Shown piece by piece: positions 26,125 through 39,049 of a stretch of DNA of 64,000 nucleotides. The notes under the pieces were generated by a model. That model ran no database searches, was not told where the DNA came from, and worked only from the letters and a program-made list of their open reading frames with translations. Position 1 is the stretch's first letter, and every line of letters begins with the position of its first letter. Both the position numbers and the translations under genes were made by a program. The stretch is from Octopus sinensis (taxonomy: Eukaryota), in contig NC_043000.1 in NCBI RefSeq assembly GCF_006345805.1, positions 50,220,001-50,284,000 of the forward strand, in the 5' to 3' direction.

Positions 26125-26378
26125 TTATTTATTATAATTATTTATTATAGTTTTTATTATTTCAAATTTTTGCCACTAGGGAAGCTTGGGAAAGGTGGAG
26201 ATGAGTCAATTGCGTCAACCCCAGTGTTCAACTGGTACTTATTTTATCGACCTTGAAAGGATCAAAGGCAAAGTCTACCTTGGCATAATCTGAACTCAGA
26301 ACGTAGCGACGAGCAAAGTACCACTAAGTCTTTCGTTCAGCATGCTAATGGTTCTGCCAGCTCACCGTCTTAATGATG

Positions 26379-26419
<41 letters not shown>

Positions 26420-26423
<4 letters not shown>

Positions 26424-26884
26424 CTGAGCAAATATAAAGATCTTGAAATAGAAATCAGCAAAATGTGGAAGCTGAAGACTAAAACAATACCTGTTGTCAT
26501 AGGTGCCCTGGGAATGATAGCGAAAGGGACTGATTGCTACCTAACTCAGATACCAGGAAACCCCAAAATGGCAGAAATTCAAAAGATAGTGCTCATGGGA
26601 ACTGCTCATATCCTACGCAAAATACTCTCTATGTAATCCCAAGGTTTAAAACAAACTTTTTTTTATTTTTATTTTTTATTTTTTTATTTTTTTTTATTTA
26701 AAAAAAATTTTTTTATTTTTATGTATTAGACATTCACTAGTACAACACCCCCCCCTCGCCAAAAAACCCCAAATATATGGCACAGAACTTCCAACCTGTT
26801 GTCTCTTGAGGTCTCTGGGTGAGACTTGGAGCCAACTTGTACAGACATAAAGCAAAAGTCAAGCATAGAATAATAATAATAATA
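26420..26884 (+). pseudogene. 5'-truncated R4/Dong-clade retrotransposon: RLE C-terminus plus 3' UTR, inserted in (TAA)n
   Basis: KLSKYKDLEIEISKMWKLKTKTIPVVIGALGMIAKG...IQKIVLMGTAHILRKILSM* (stop at 26636) matches the KxxKYxxL...PVVIGALG...LQKxxLLGTAxILRKVL terminus of R4/Dong; (TAA)n on both sides. Confidence 0.85.
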
Positions 26885-27989
26885 ACCCTTTCTACTAAGG
26901 GCACAAGGTCTGAAATTTTGGGTGAGGGAACTAGTCAATTACATCGACCCCAGTGTTTCTCTGGTACTTAATTTAACAACCCTGAAAGGATGAAAGGCAA
27001 AGTCAATTTTGGCAGAAGTTGAATTCAGAACATAGACATAGATGAACTACCACTGAGCATTTTTCCTGGTGTGCTAACGATTCTGCCAGCCTGCCATCAG
27101 TGGTGGCAGTGGTAATTTCAAATTTTAGCACAAGGCCTGCAATTTGATTACACCACCCTTAGTACTCATCAGGTACTTACTTCAATGGCATCAAGAGAGT
27201 GAAAGGCAAGGTCGACCTCTGTGGAATTTGATTTCAGAACTGTTTTTCTCATTGACAACACAAATCTTACATCCTTTAAGTTCTGAGTTTAAAACCTATT
27301 GCAGTCAACTTTGCCTCTAAATTAAAATTCCACCAACCCAATACTGGAGTTGATCTGGTCAACTACCTCCTCCAACAAAAATTTTTGGTCTTGTACTACT
27401 TCTTTTTAGCAACGATTATTATCATACACACTGGCCCATGCCATCAAAAATGATGGCTAGTTGCAGTATTTTATATATAAATATGGATGATAAATCAAAT
27501 TAAAACACTTGTCTTTTGAGATGGGACATTGATAATCTTTTGTTACTTAAAGCACGCTGGTTCACATACAAACGTTCACATACTTCCTTTGTACAAGCAC
27601 TCATACTGAGTTGAAACGCTGTTTGATTTTTTCCTTTCAGCATTGAATGTTCACCATCCCCCTTCCATTGTACACACACGCACACACACACACAAACATT
27701 CACATAGCTCCTTTTACATGCATACACATATACTCACACAGATTTGAAACACTCCCACTACCAGTTTGGTATCACTCCTTCCTTCCTTCCTTAATCATCT
27801 ATCACCCCTTACTTTCTCATTCATATGTTGTGATGGAGAAAAACACAAGAATATTATTGTAGTAGGTGATTATTATTATGAATACTTGTAGTTTTATTGT
27901 ATCACAAAGGTCTGAGCTTTTGACCACATTTGTTTCTATCATTTCCCTGGCAATATCCTTTTCGAATTCCCTCTAGGCATACCCTTATT

Positions 27990-28600
27990 CAGCCAACCCA
28001 CTCACTTGTGTTCTTTCCACATCAGTTGACATCAACTCACCTTCACTGTCTAAGCTAATCAGCATCATTAATGATCCCGAACACATAACCATGACAACAA
28101 CAACAACAATAATAATATAAACAATTACCACGGCAACTGTTACGTGACTTTGATGATGTAAAATAAATATGATGATGAAAACAATGATAATGATGATGTG
28201 ATATTGACAATGATGATGATGATGACAGTGAAGATGATGATGATAAGGATGACGGTGGTGGTGGTGGTGGTGGTGGTGGTGGTGTTGATAACAATGCTGC
28301 TGCTGCTGATGATGAGGGTGATGGGGGTGGTATTGGTATTGGTAGCAGTGATGGTGCTTGTGGTGGTGGTGGTGGTGGTGGTGGTGGTGATGGCATTGGT
28401 AGTGGTAGTAGTAATGATGTAGTGGTGGTGTTGATAACAATGCTGATGATGATGGTGATGATGGTGGTATTAGTATTGGTAGCAGTGATGGTGCTTGTGG
28501 TGATGATGATGACGACATCAATGATGAACACGGTGATGATGACTATGGCAACAATGACAATGAGAAACCAATACAAAATGCACAAAATGACAGTTCAGTT
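27990..28600. repeat. Long GAT/GGT/GCT trinucleotide mosaic with a 146-bp higher-order duplication
   Basis: ggtgttgataacaatgctg...gtattggtagcagtgatggtgcttgtggtg occurs at 28281 and 28427. Confidence 0.9.
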
Positions 28601-29160
28601 CTGAATCTATTGACACAATAATTTTTTCATAATATTAATTTATTTATTTATCATACTCAAAGCCCTAACACTTAACATTTATTTCTCCTTCAACAACAAC
28701 CATCATCACCCATTGTCTCTCTTCCTATTATAGAATGGCTAAAACTGAACTAACAGAACTTCCAGTATGCCTATATCTTAAATATCATTTCAACAACCGA
28801 TTACTGATTTGGGGTTCATTAACTATTCTACTGGTTGATTGCTATCATGATATTGTTTTTTTATTTATTTATCTATTTATTTATTATTCTTTAACATTTT
28901 TTTTTTTTACCAATAGTCATGAATAATTAGAATCTGTGAGCGAAATTGCATTGATTGAGCGAAGATACATGAAGAGTGAGGGGAGGAAAGAGCCATTACC
29001 CGAAACATGAATACGCATGCCTTCATTTTTGCATACAGCTTTTAATAATCAGTGAGCTTGGGGATTGATTTCCTTAACACTTTGCTATAATTTCATACAT
29101 GTGATTATGTGAATATACAAGTGTGTCTGCATATGCATGTCTATGCAAGTGCATTTGTGA

Positions 29161-29302
29161 GTGTGTGTATATTTTCCTGTGTGTCTATGTGTATTTGTGA
29201 GTATGTGTATATTTTCCTGTGTGTCTATGTGTATTTGTGAGTATGTCTATATTTTCCTGTGTCTATGTGTATTTGTGAGTATGCGTATATTTGCCTGTGT
29301 AT
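29161..29302. repeat. 40-bp minisatellite, ~3.6 units
   Basis: Unit gtatgtgtatattttcctgtgtgtctatgtgtatttgtga at 29161, 29201, 29241 (38 bp) and 29279 (partial). Confidence 0.9.
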
Positions 29303-29591
29303 CAATGGAGATGTTTTTTTGTCTGCCCATACATATACACACATATGCACACATACATATCTGTGTGTACATATATTTGTATATGTGTGAGCACATATGT
29401 ATTTATTTGTAAGTGTGTGTTTTTCTGCATGCATGTGTGCGTGAATCATCTTATCAGTGTGAATATATAGATATATATTTTTGAATGTATAGACATATCT
29501 ATAGATTTATCTTTGTTTCTATAGATGTAATTGTAATCAAGCAAGTATATGTGTGAATGTCTGTGTGCCCATTAATATTTGTGTGTATGTA

Positions 29592-29700
<109 letters not shown>

Positions 29701-29957
29701 TGGATATTCTTTCATGTGTGTCAGTCAATTGACTGCAGTCATGCTGCTGGCATATATATTTATATGGTGTGTGTGTGTATGTATGTATTATTTCAAATAT
29801 GTGCATGTATCTGTGAAGGTACCATTGTCAGTTTGAAGGCATTTCTAAATCTGAAGGTACCTGTATGTGAATATGTATTGTATGTGTGAGTGTATATATA
29901 TGCACGTGTACTTATTTGTATATGCATATATTTATGTATATGCATGTATGTATATAT

Positions 29958-30004
<47 letters not shown>

Positions 30005-30903
30005 ATGTATGTATATATATGTTTATATATACACACATATACACACTCTCACACATATATTTATGTTTGTGTAGAGGTGCATATATGTTTGTATGAATGT
30101 TTGTATATTTAAAATTAATCAAATTGCTGATTGTATTTTTTTTATTACCCTTGATGAAACAGCAATGATTTTGTTGTATGTTACCACAGTTAATGGGATA
30201 ATTTTGTTTAAATTCAAAACCCTCTCAGCTCTCCCTAGCATCAACTGGAAAGGGAAGCAAAATGATAACAAGCGAATAATTACCCACCAATCCCTTGCCT
30301 GCTTCAAGGGTCCTCACTTGCATACATACACATATATATACATATATATGTATATGTATATATATATACACACACATATATATATATGTGTGTGTGTGTA
30401 CATGTGTTTATGTTATCTATACATGTATTTATATGTCATATTTACATTTAAATGGGTGCATTCTGTTGAAGTTTTCCAACTCATGCACTTCGCGACCGAG
30501 TATCTCTCGCATTTTCACAACCAGCTCACAACACTTACAAAATAATAATAATAATCAGTAACCATCTGTCAATAACCTGAAAACATACTATCAAGTCCTT
30601 CCGTACAGTTCATGCTATTTATAATAGTAGAAAGTTGAACATAGAATAATTATTTGATTTGCTTTGAAAATGCATAGGTATGTATAAATTTGTGATCATT
30701 TGCAGAATGAGCAGGATGTAATACATACTCAACGGATATTTATGCATGTTGAATGGTAATTATATACGAGCACAGCTTGAGCTTTTTTGTTCCTGCTGGA
30801 ATTCTTTGAGATTCTGATGGATTTCTTTGTTTATTTGAATATCACACTGATGAAAATTCAGTGACCTTGAATCTTGAATACCCAAGAACAGATAAACTGT
30901 TGA

Positions 30904-30963
<60 letters not shown>

Positions 30964-31756
30964 CATGCATAAATATTTACATACATACATACATATGTGC
31001 ATATATATATTATATACATGTAAACATGTGCATACATGTATATATAGACAGACAGACAGACAGAGACAGAGGCACATCACATACATACACTACATGCACA
31101 TCTGCTCATACATGCACACACATATATTAAACACCCAAAGCATAAAAAGACTCCTTGACTATATTTTCATGAATGTACACAAAACAGACATGTGTGCATA
31201 TATGCATTCATTAAAATACATTTCGTGATCATTGTAACAAAACGTTTTGCTAACCTTGTAAGTTTTTGTCAATTTGTGTAATATTTTTATTTCACTATAC
31301 ACAATCAAATTTAGAGGAGATATTTCTCTCTTCTAAACAAAAAGAAAGCGAAAGCCAGTATTTGCTAGGAAGGAATGGAATTTTTCTGTTGTATACCACA
31401 TGTACAAATTCAAACCGAATAGAAAAACCAGCATGCTGAGGCTGAAATTGCTAAATATATTAGCTAAGTCTCCTTTGGATCACATGCTACCATCAAAAAT
31501 AAAGCAGCATCCATGAAACAGTTTATTCTTTGGTAGCCAAAACGATAATGGAAATTGGTGGTATGCTATTTGATCATAGTTCTGCTCAATGAAGCTGACT
31601 TTGGGGTTAGGCAATAGCAACAACAGATACCTATTTTATCAAGCTCAAATGGATGAATATGAGACTCAAAGAAATGACTATTAAAGTCAGCTTAAAAGTG
31701 CAATTAAAAAATACTGCATAATGGGCCAAAACTATAAGTATTAGTTCTTTGTGTGA

Positions 31757-32508
31757 TTAACTCTTTTGATACCAAGCTACCTGGGAATGCTGTTGGTTCT
31801 GTGATACAAATTTTCTGTTTAAAGAGGTGTAAATTAAAAGCTTTTATCAAAATTTCATGTTAGCTTATGCTCCAAACACAAGTTTACATCAGCTAATGTT
31901 TTACTCTAACCCTTTTGATACTAACTTGTCTGTGATCACTTCTGATTCTATGGTGCAGACATTCCATTTAAGATCTTCCATTAAAATTTCATATTGATTC
32001 GACTTCCAGACACTAGCTTAGTAACAGCAAAGTTATTTACTAAATTCTTCGTTTGATGGAGAAATGTCTGTGCATTTGGAAAGCTCCTTTGTAGCTGTGT
32101 GGTTTGGGGCTTGGTCTCACTGCTCAGCACTGTAGGCATGTATCTTCTTCTGTTGCCCTGGTTTGATCAATGCCCCATGGATGAATTTGCTAGATGGCAA
32201 TTGTACTGCTTGACAACAAATGTTAATTTGCTTTAATGCTTCAGTTTTACAAAAAAAAAACTGACATAATAAGTACTGGACTTCAAAAATGTCAACTAGG
32301 GTTGATTTGTTTGACTGAAACCTTTCAAAGTGGTGCCCAACCAAGGCCTCAGTCCATTGACCAAAACAAGTAAATGATAAAAGTGATAATAATAACAAAC
32401 TAGGTTTACTAAATTCTCCATTATTTTCAAAATTAACAGAAAAATAAAAAATTAAAAACATTAAAAATAAGGTGCATTTTAACAGAAATTCAGGAACATA
32501 AGAGTTAA
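31757..32508. mobile_element. TTAA-type MITE family 2, interrupted by SINE B (about 32089-32385)
   Basis: ttaactcttttgatacc ... aacataagagttaa termini; related pieces at 20830-21040, 21640-21790, 46500-46680 and 50130-50400. Confidence 0.55.
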
Positions 32509-33521
32509 TTCAACAGGAGAGTTTGAAAAATGATTTTTTTTTTCCAAATGAAGGAGATACAGAATAAGTAAATGTATTTTTATTTTTAACCGCAATATTA
32601 GGTTAGAATTTGCAACATTGGAATAGAATATACATAGTGATGCAGGCTAATTTCAGTAACTGTCTGTTGGTTTCCTAGAAACTGTTTGTCTTTATAGCTT
32701 GAAGGACAGGCAGGATATTTATGCATGCGTATATGTTGCTACTTTCCTCTACTGCTGTGTATTGTGATCACATATGTGTGTGTACATCTACATGTGCATG
32801 TGTGTGTATGTGTGTATGTGTGTACATGCATGCCCAACAAATGATGTGTCAGTGAATTTGGTCTATTGTTAAAAAAAGAAAACGGTATGTGTGTTCAATG
32901 GAAATAATTCTTTCCTATAAACATTTTTGTAGTTGGATATGGTTTAATGATATTGTAACTATTCTGCAACTCTGAAAGTTTCTGTTGTTCCTACACTATA
33001 CTATCTAAAACAATTTTGTCGTTCTTTCATTAATGTAATAATTAATTAGTTTCTAACTTAAGGTGCTGTTATCACTGTGTGGTTAAGATGTTTGCTTTGC
33101 AAACACATGGTCTTGTGTTCAGTCTCATTGTGTAGCACATTGAGTAAGTGTCTTCTACAATAGCCCCAGGCCAACAAACATATTGTGAGTCAATTTGGTA
33201 GACAGAAACAATGTGACTGTTTGCTGACAACATTTTCTGCTTTATGAGAGTAATAATACCCATTTTTCTGCTGTTTTAACAGCAATACTGCATTCAAAAT
33301 ATCACTTTCTTGTCTATATTGTACAATACACATTTGATGCTTCTAAAGGAACAAATGCAAGTTTGTTTATAAACATACATGGTTGTTATATATATAACTT
33401 TTCTATCCCTTGCTCTTTTCTTTCTTAGTGTACTTTGTACCTTCACACATTGTTCTGGTCTTACACCACAAATCTCTTTAAAGTGATACCACACAATGCT
33501 TCACCAAAACTACTCCATATA

Positions 33522-33566
<45 letters not shown>

Positions 33567-33567
<1 letters not shown>

Positions 33568-33648
33568 CGGCAGTACATATACTAAAATTGGAATGATACA
33601 GAGAAGATTAGCATGGCCCCTGCGCAAGGATGACACGCAAATTCGTGA
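33567..33648 (+). pseudogene. RNU6 (pseudogene): U6 snRNA retrocopy (about nt 10-91 of U6)
   Basis: tcggcagtacatatactaaaattggaatgatacagagaagattagcatggcccctgcgcaaggatgacacgcaaattcgtga matches the remembered human U6 sequence at 80 of 82 positions and includes the ACAGAGA box; both ends are missing, with (TA)n upstream and (TGA)n downstream. Confidence 0.95.
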
Positions 33649-33659
33649 TGATGATGATG

Positions 33660-33699
<40 letters not shown>

Positions 33700-34190
33700 G
33701 TAAATATTAGTTTTGATAAATGCCAACACATGAAACTCTTAACCCTTGAGTCACTCAGTTGCTTCTACTAAATAGTAACGAAAATATTTGAATTTGTAGA
33801 TATTTGAATATATATCTTGCAGAATGTACTTAACCTTTAGCACACTGTAGGTGCATCATGCCACTATTTGAGTTTCTTCCCCTGTAGTAACAAGGCAGTG
33901 GCAGGGCAATCAAATCTAGAGAAAATGCAGTGTGCTAAAAATTAAAGGTATAATTAATGGCATGTACATAATGCTTGGGATAGAAAAGTGGAAGGCTGCC
34001 TGTGACTTTTCCTTTACAAAACTGTTTTCAACCCAATATTTACATGCTATCATTTATAGCTTTATGTGTGTGCTTCAAGATATATTTCTCTCAAAAAGAA
34101 TTCTTTCACATTCTCTCAAATATTTATAAATACACACACACAGAGGCACATACACACACATATATACATACATGTATATAATTGTACATG

Positions 34191-34254
<64 letters not shown>

Positions 34255-34301
34255 TAAATACATACATACGTACATGTATATATATATATATAAATATATA
34301 A

Positions 34302-35705
34302 ATCATCATTGTTTAACATCTGCTTTCCATACTGGCATGGGCTGGATGGTTTAACTGAGGATTGGCAAGCCACAAGGCTGCACTAAGCTTCAGTCTGATC
34401 TGGCAAGATTTCAACAACTGAATACCCTTCCTAACACTAACCACTCCAAGAGTATAATGGGTGCTTTTTACGTGCCACCAACATGACGAGCAGTCAGATG
34501 GTACTAGCATTGCCCACACTTGAATAGTGCTTTATATGTGCCACCAGCATGGGAGCCAGGCCAGTGGGACTGGCACTGACCACACTCAAATGGTGCAATT
34601 TACAGGCCAGTGGCATGGGTGCCAGACAGGTGGTACTGGTATCGGCCATGACAATGATTTCACTTGACTCAACAGGTCTTCTCAAGCACAACTTATTGCC
34701 CAATGACTGAACGGTACTCTTAAATGGGCCAGTTATTCTACAATGGCATAGGCCATGGTTACAGTCTCACTTGGCTGCTTGGTCTTCTCAAGCACAGCGT
34801 ATCTCCAAAAGTCTCGGTCACTTGTCATTGCCTCCATGCGGCCTAACATTCAATGGTCATGCTTCACCACCCCAAGGGCTTTTCTTGTCTTCATACCCTT
34901 AATTACTTTATCTATCAAGGTACTGTCAATTCATATAACTGGTCCCTCTATTGGGTTGACATTTGGCAGACTCTCTTTCTCCCATTCATTCTCTTCATTT
35001 AGCAACCTTTCATAGTGGCGTCTCCAAGTCTCTCTCTTTGCAGCCTCATTAAATGCAAGTGAGCCATCATCCATGCAGCACATTTCTCTCCTATATCATC
35101 ACAATTCTCTTTCAAATGCTGCCTTTACTATATGAAACACTTCAAGTCTTTGGTCCTCAAGACGCAGAACATTGGCAAACTTTTCCTTATCTGCTTCCCC
35201 TCTGGCTAAATAAACCTGTCTCCTAGCTTCCTTTCTGGCAGTCTGATACAGTTCCCTGCTACCACCGTTCTTCCAGTCCTTCCATGCCTGTTTCTTTTCT
35301 CTAATGGCCCTATGAACTACTTTGTTCCACCACCATGTTACCTTAGTTCAAGAGAGGACTTTGCACCAGCCACAGATCTGGTCAGTAGCCCTCAACAGAT
35401 TGTCCCATAGGAACCTCCAGTTGTCTTCCACATTATGTGATGCTATATCCTCCTCTATTTTTGCAAAAGCTTCAAGTAATATGTATCTAAATCTCTGTCC
35501 ATTCACAGGATACTTAAACTTCCAGACCCTTCTTTTCCATGCTGGTCATCTTTTGGGCATCCATTTAGCTCTGCTCCTAAAGTCACTAACTACTAACCTA
35601 TGTTGTGGAGTGCATTCTTCACTTGAAAAGGTTTTGGCATTAGCTATCTTGCCTGTTTCCTGGTGAACATGTAGTCAATCTGACTAGTGTGTCCACCAGA
35701 CTGAT
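34302..35705 (-). mobile_element. RTE-clade LINE, 5'-truncated, with the RT domain internally deleted
   Basis: Minus translation YQSGGHTSQIDY...EECTPQHRLVVSDF...WWWNKVVHRAIREKKQAWK...WRRHYERLLNEENEW (end of APE domain and linker), then MKTRKALG joined directly to VVKHDH*MLG..EAMTSDRDFWRYAV (ORF C-terminus) near 34870, then 3' UTR ending in (TGA)n. Confidence 0.88.
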
Positions 35706-35726
35706 ATATATGTATGTGAGTATATA

Positions 35727-35996
35727 TGATGATGATTGCTTCATCTTGACAGATGATAGCCATCCCATCAACACACATCATACCCCCATCACACAGTACA
35801 ATCACTCCATTGATGAGCCCCCAAATGACTTTTAAGACCAGCTGCTGACTGACAGGGTTTAAGATACAAGTGACAGATATTATTCAAATTTCTTCTATAT
35901 CTCTGCCCTTTGGGATCTGATTCCGAAGGAATGTTTTTGTGAACTAGTAAATGTCTTTTAACTCCGGATATTGTCTTACAAGTTTTTTGACATATG

Positions 35997-36000
<4 letters not shown>
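35727..36000 (-). pseudogene. LINE (RTE-type) 3' fragment with two C2H2-like fingers
   Basis: CVICQKTCKTISGVKRHLLVH and ICHL..KPCQSAAGLKSHLGAH followed by a stop, short UTR and (ATC)n tail on the minus strand; the CxSxxGLxSH motif is typical of RTE ORF ends. Confidence 0.6.
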
Positions 36001-36051
<51 letters not shown>

Positions 36052-36879
36052 ACACATATATGTGTGTATTTGCCTCTGTATTTGTCACCACTCCCACAAC
36101 TTGACAACTGGTTTGTTTATGTGCCTGTAACTTAAACTTAGCAGCTCAGCCAAAAATATATATGTAGTAGGTTCTATTTGTTTGATTAAACCCTTCAACT
36201 TGGGGTTTCAGCATGGACAGTCCAATGACTAAAGACAAGTATAAAAGATAAAATACCAAGGCCAAACATATTAGATGAGAGTTAAAGTCAATTAGATCAA
36301 CCCCAATATATAACTGATAATTAAAGTAACAAACTAAGGAAAGGAATTCCTTCAAAGGGAGGTGTAAAACATCCAATTCACTAGTACATCAGTTGCATAC
36401 CACATAAATATGGGTATAATTTTGAATTAAGACCGATTTCATTTTAGCAAATTTTATAATATGGCCTGTATCTAGCCAAAAGTGCAGTTATAATCTTGTG
36501 CATGCACATAACTCAAAATCCTGATGTGCTAGAACAATTCTGAGGGCAGATCCAGAATCAACATCCTCGATTTAGTCTAAAACACCTGCTTTTACCCCAT
36601 GAGCAAAATCTTTGTTGTCCAGTGTACTTAATGTATTAACCATAAAAAGAAGAAGGACAGTTTATATATATACATCATAAATGAATATATATGTATAATA
36701 AATGAAATACATTTACCCACTGTTAATATATAGTGACATGTGTATTAACTGGGCTACCATATCTATTGCTACATATATTATTAATGAACAGATATAGAAG
36801 AAACCTTTGATGAATTTATGCACTTTCATTTCATCTTTAATATTAATTTCTTACATAGGTACAATACCACACATTTTGT

Positions 36880-37530
36880 AGTGAATGGGTGGTGGGTGAA
36901 GCAATTGATTAATCTAGTTGGTTTACTTAATTAATCCATGCTTATTTTATTGATACTGGAATGATGAAAACCAAAGTCAACTTTAGTGAAATTAGAACAC
37001 AGAATGTAGAGTGAAGCAACAACATAGTGCATAGTATTTTGTCTGTCACTGTACTAATTCTGCCGATCTATATAGCCTTGCCTTGTCGTTGATATTTGTT
37101 TCAAACATTGGTGCAAGGCCAGACATTTCAGCAGTGGGGTTAAGTCGATTACACCAACCCCAGTGCTCAACTGATACTTATTTGACCCAGAAAGGATAAG
37201 AGGCAAAGTTGACTTTGGTGCAATTTGAACTCAGAACATAAAGACAGATAAAATGCCTCTAAGCCTTTTTCCCAGTGTGCTAACAATTCTTCCAGCTCAC
37301 CACCTTACTCGCTCACACTATTAATTTCTAATATATACACAAGGCCAGAAATTTGGGTAGGGAGCAGGGCACGATTGTTTATATCAGCTCTAGCATTTAA
37401 CCATTACTTATTTTATTGAACCCAAGAAAGTCTAAATGCAAAGCTGTCCTCAGTGTGATTTGAACTTGTTATGTGAAGATATGCAGTAAACTACTGCAGG
37501 GCAATTTTTCTGCTACTCTAATCAATTCTG
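36880..37530 (-). mobile_element. Cluster of three old SINE family A-type copies
   Basis: Repeated acttattttattga...gaaaggcaaagttgac...tttgaactcagaac...aattctgcc blocks. Confidence 0.7.
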
Positions 37531-39049
37531 CCAATTCTGAAAGCAGCAATGTCATCTCTCTTATGTCTTAGAACTGGTGGCTTTCTTATCTGGTTTTGAC
37601 TCCCCCCCCCCCCCCCCCAAAAAAAAACTGGTAAAAAACAAGAAAGGGCTGTTTAGAATATTGAATGTTAAGGAACACTTCATTGACAGATAATTACATA
37701 ATTTCTAAAATTGTCGCCCTTTTAAGTATACTCTTCGAGCTTAATGACTTGCAAATGACCTGTAACTATGCCTGTTAAGCACTTTTCGATAATGGATATT
37801 TTGTGAAAATTATTTCAAAGACACGTGAATGTTTATAGTGCAATTCTAATAGTTTTGCTTTGTAGTAAAGTCAACATTGTATCTCCTGATCTTTTATTTT
37901 TTATTTTTTTTGTTGTATTTTTAATGGAGTGCATGAATTATAGATGAAATGCACAATGACTGAGTGGATATGGGAGCAGCTTATTGCTTCATGTGTGATG
38001 TGCTCATATATTTTCACTGGCATCTTATTATCTACCTCATTCTAAATGCTTCAACCAGAAAATGAGGATGGTTTCTATGAATCATAGAAGTGATATGTCA
38101 ATAAAGGTCACCTAATGGCTTTAAAATGATTTAAGGGAGGAAAAAAGAAGACTTTATTTATTATGTTTTTACTGCTTTTACATCCATTTTCCATGTCAGT
38201 GTGGGTTAGATGTTTTCATCACAAATTTGTACATTTACATATTGGTGGATGTTGCATGCACTTCTGACAGCTGGAAGCTTATCCAGCTGCTAACGGCTCA
38301 ACTTGAAAGGAAAGTAGTCTACAATGGTACTGCTACTTGGTTGTGTGGCCAGCTAGAAATAGTAACCAAATCTCCATCAAATTATGCTCTAGCAACTTAA
38401 AAATAGAGTGGTGGATTTGATAATGCAAAAAGATGGAATGGTCATTATTAGAATTCCTTTGATATTAAGTTTTCTCGGTTAGGACTGACCTAAAGTTAAA
38501 CAAGAATAACAGCCACAGCAGAAAGAATATAAGCTGTTGCCAAACTCATGATAACAGTTAAGAATTGAAGTCTACGTATACAACCCTTGAAATGCTAACC
38601 TACAGTATGATTAGTGGCATAGCATAGAATGAGTAGACTGTGCAGGGCAGCCAACTCATTTTCTATAGTTGATGTTCTGTTAAATTTAAGAAAGAAGCAG
38701 TCAATTTCGCTACCTTTCAGGGTGGTCAAAACCCACATGATATCACTGAAAACAAGATTTCACATACCTGTAAACCATTACAAAAATAAATTATAAAATG
38801 CCATTCTTAAGATGTTTTACCATAGTCCTACTGTAAAAACTGATGACGCTAGAGGTATTATGGAAACTATTGAAGTAGTTTGTGTTGAAAATCGAAACAT
38901 AAACTTTAACTTCATTTTATATATAAATATGATACATTTATTCAGAGCTGAAATTAGAAATGGATGTTAGTATGAAAGTGTATTAGTAACAAAGTCTTAA
39001 CATGCATTTGGGGATATTGTCAAAGTTAAAAGATAAGCGTATGAGGGTT

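Noticed and set aside
30539-30576. Minus-strand VIDRWLLIIIIIF resembling a ligand-gated channel TM4 motif
   Set aside because: The hydrophobic part is an (ATT)n microsatellite and there is no other channel sequence nearby.
33567-33648. Functional U6 gene
   Set aside because: 5' stem start and 3' end are missing, the flanks are microsatellites, and there is no Pol III terminator.
38835-38882. CTGATGA...GAAA...GTA hammerhead-like string
   Set aside because: Stems I and II do not pair.
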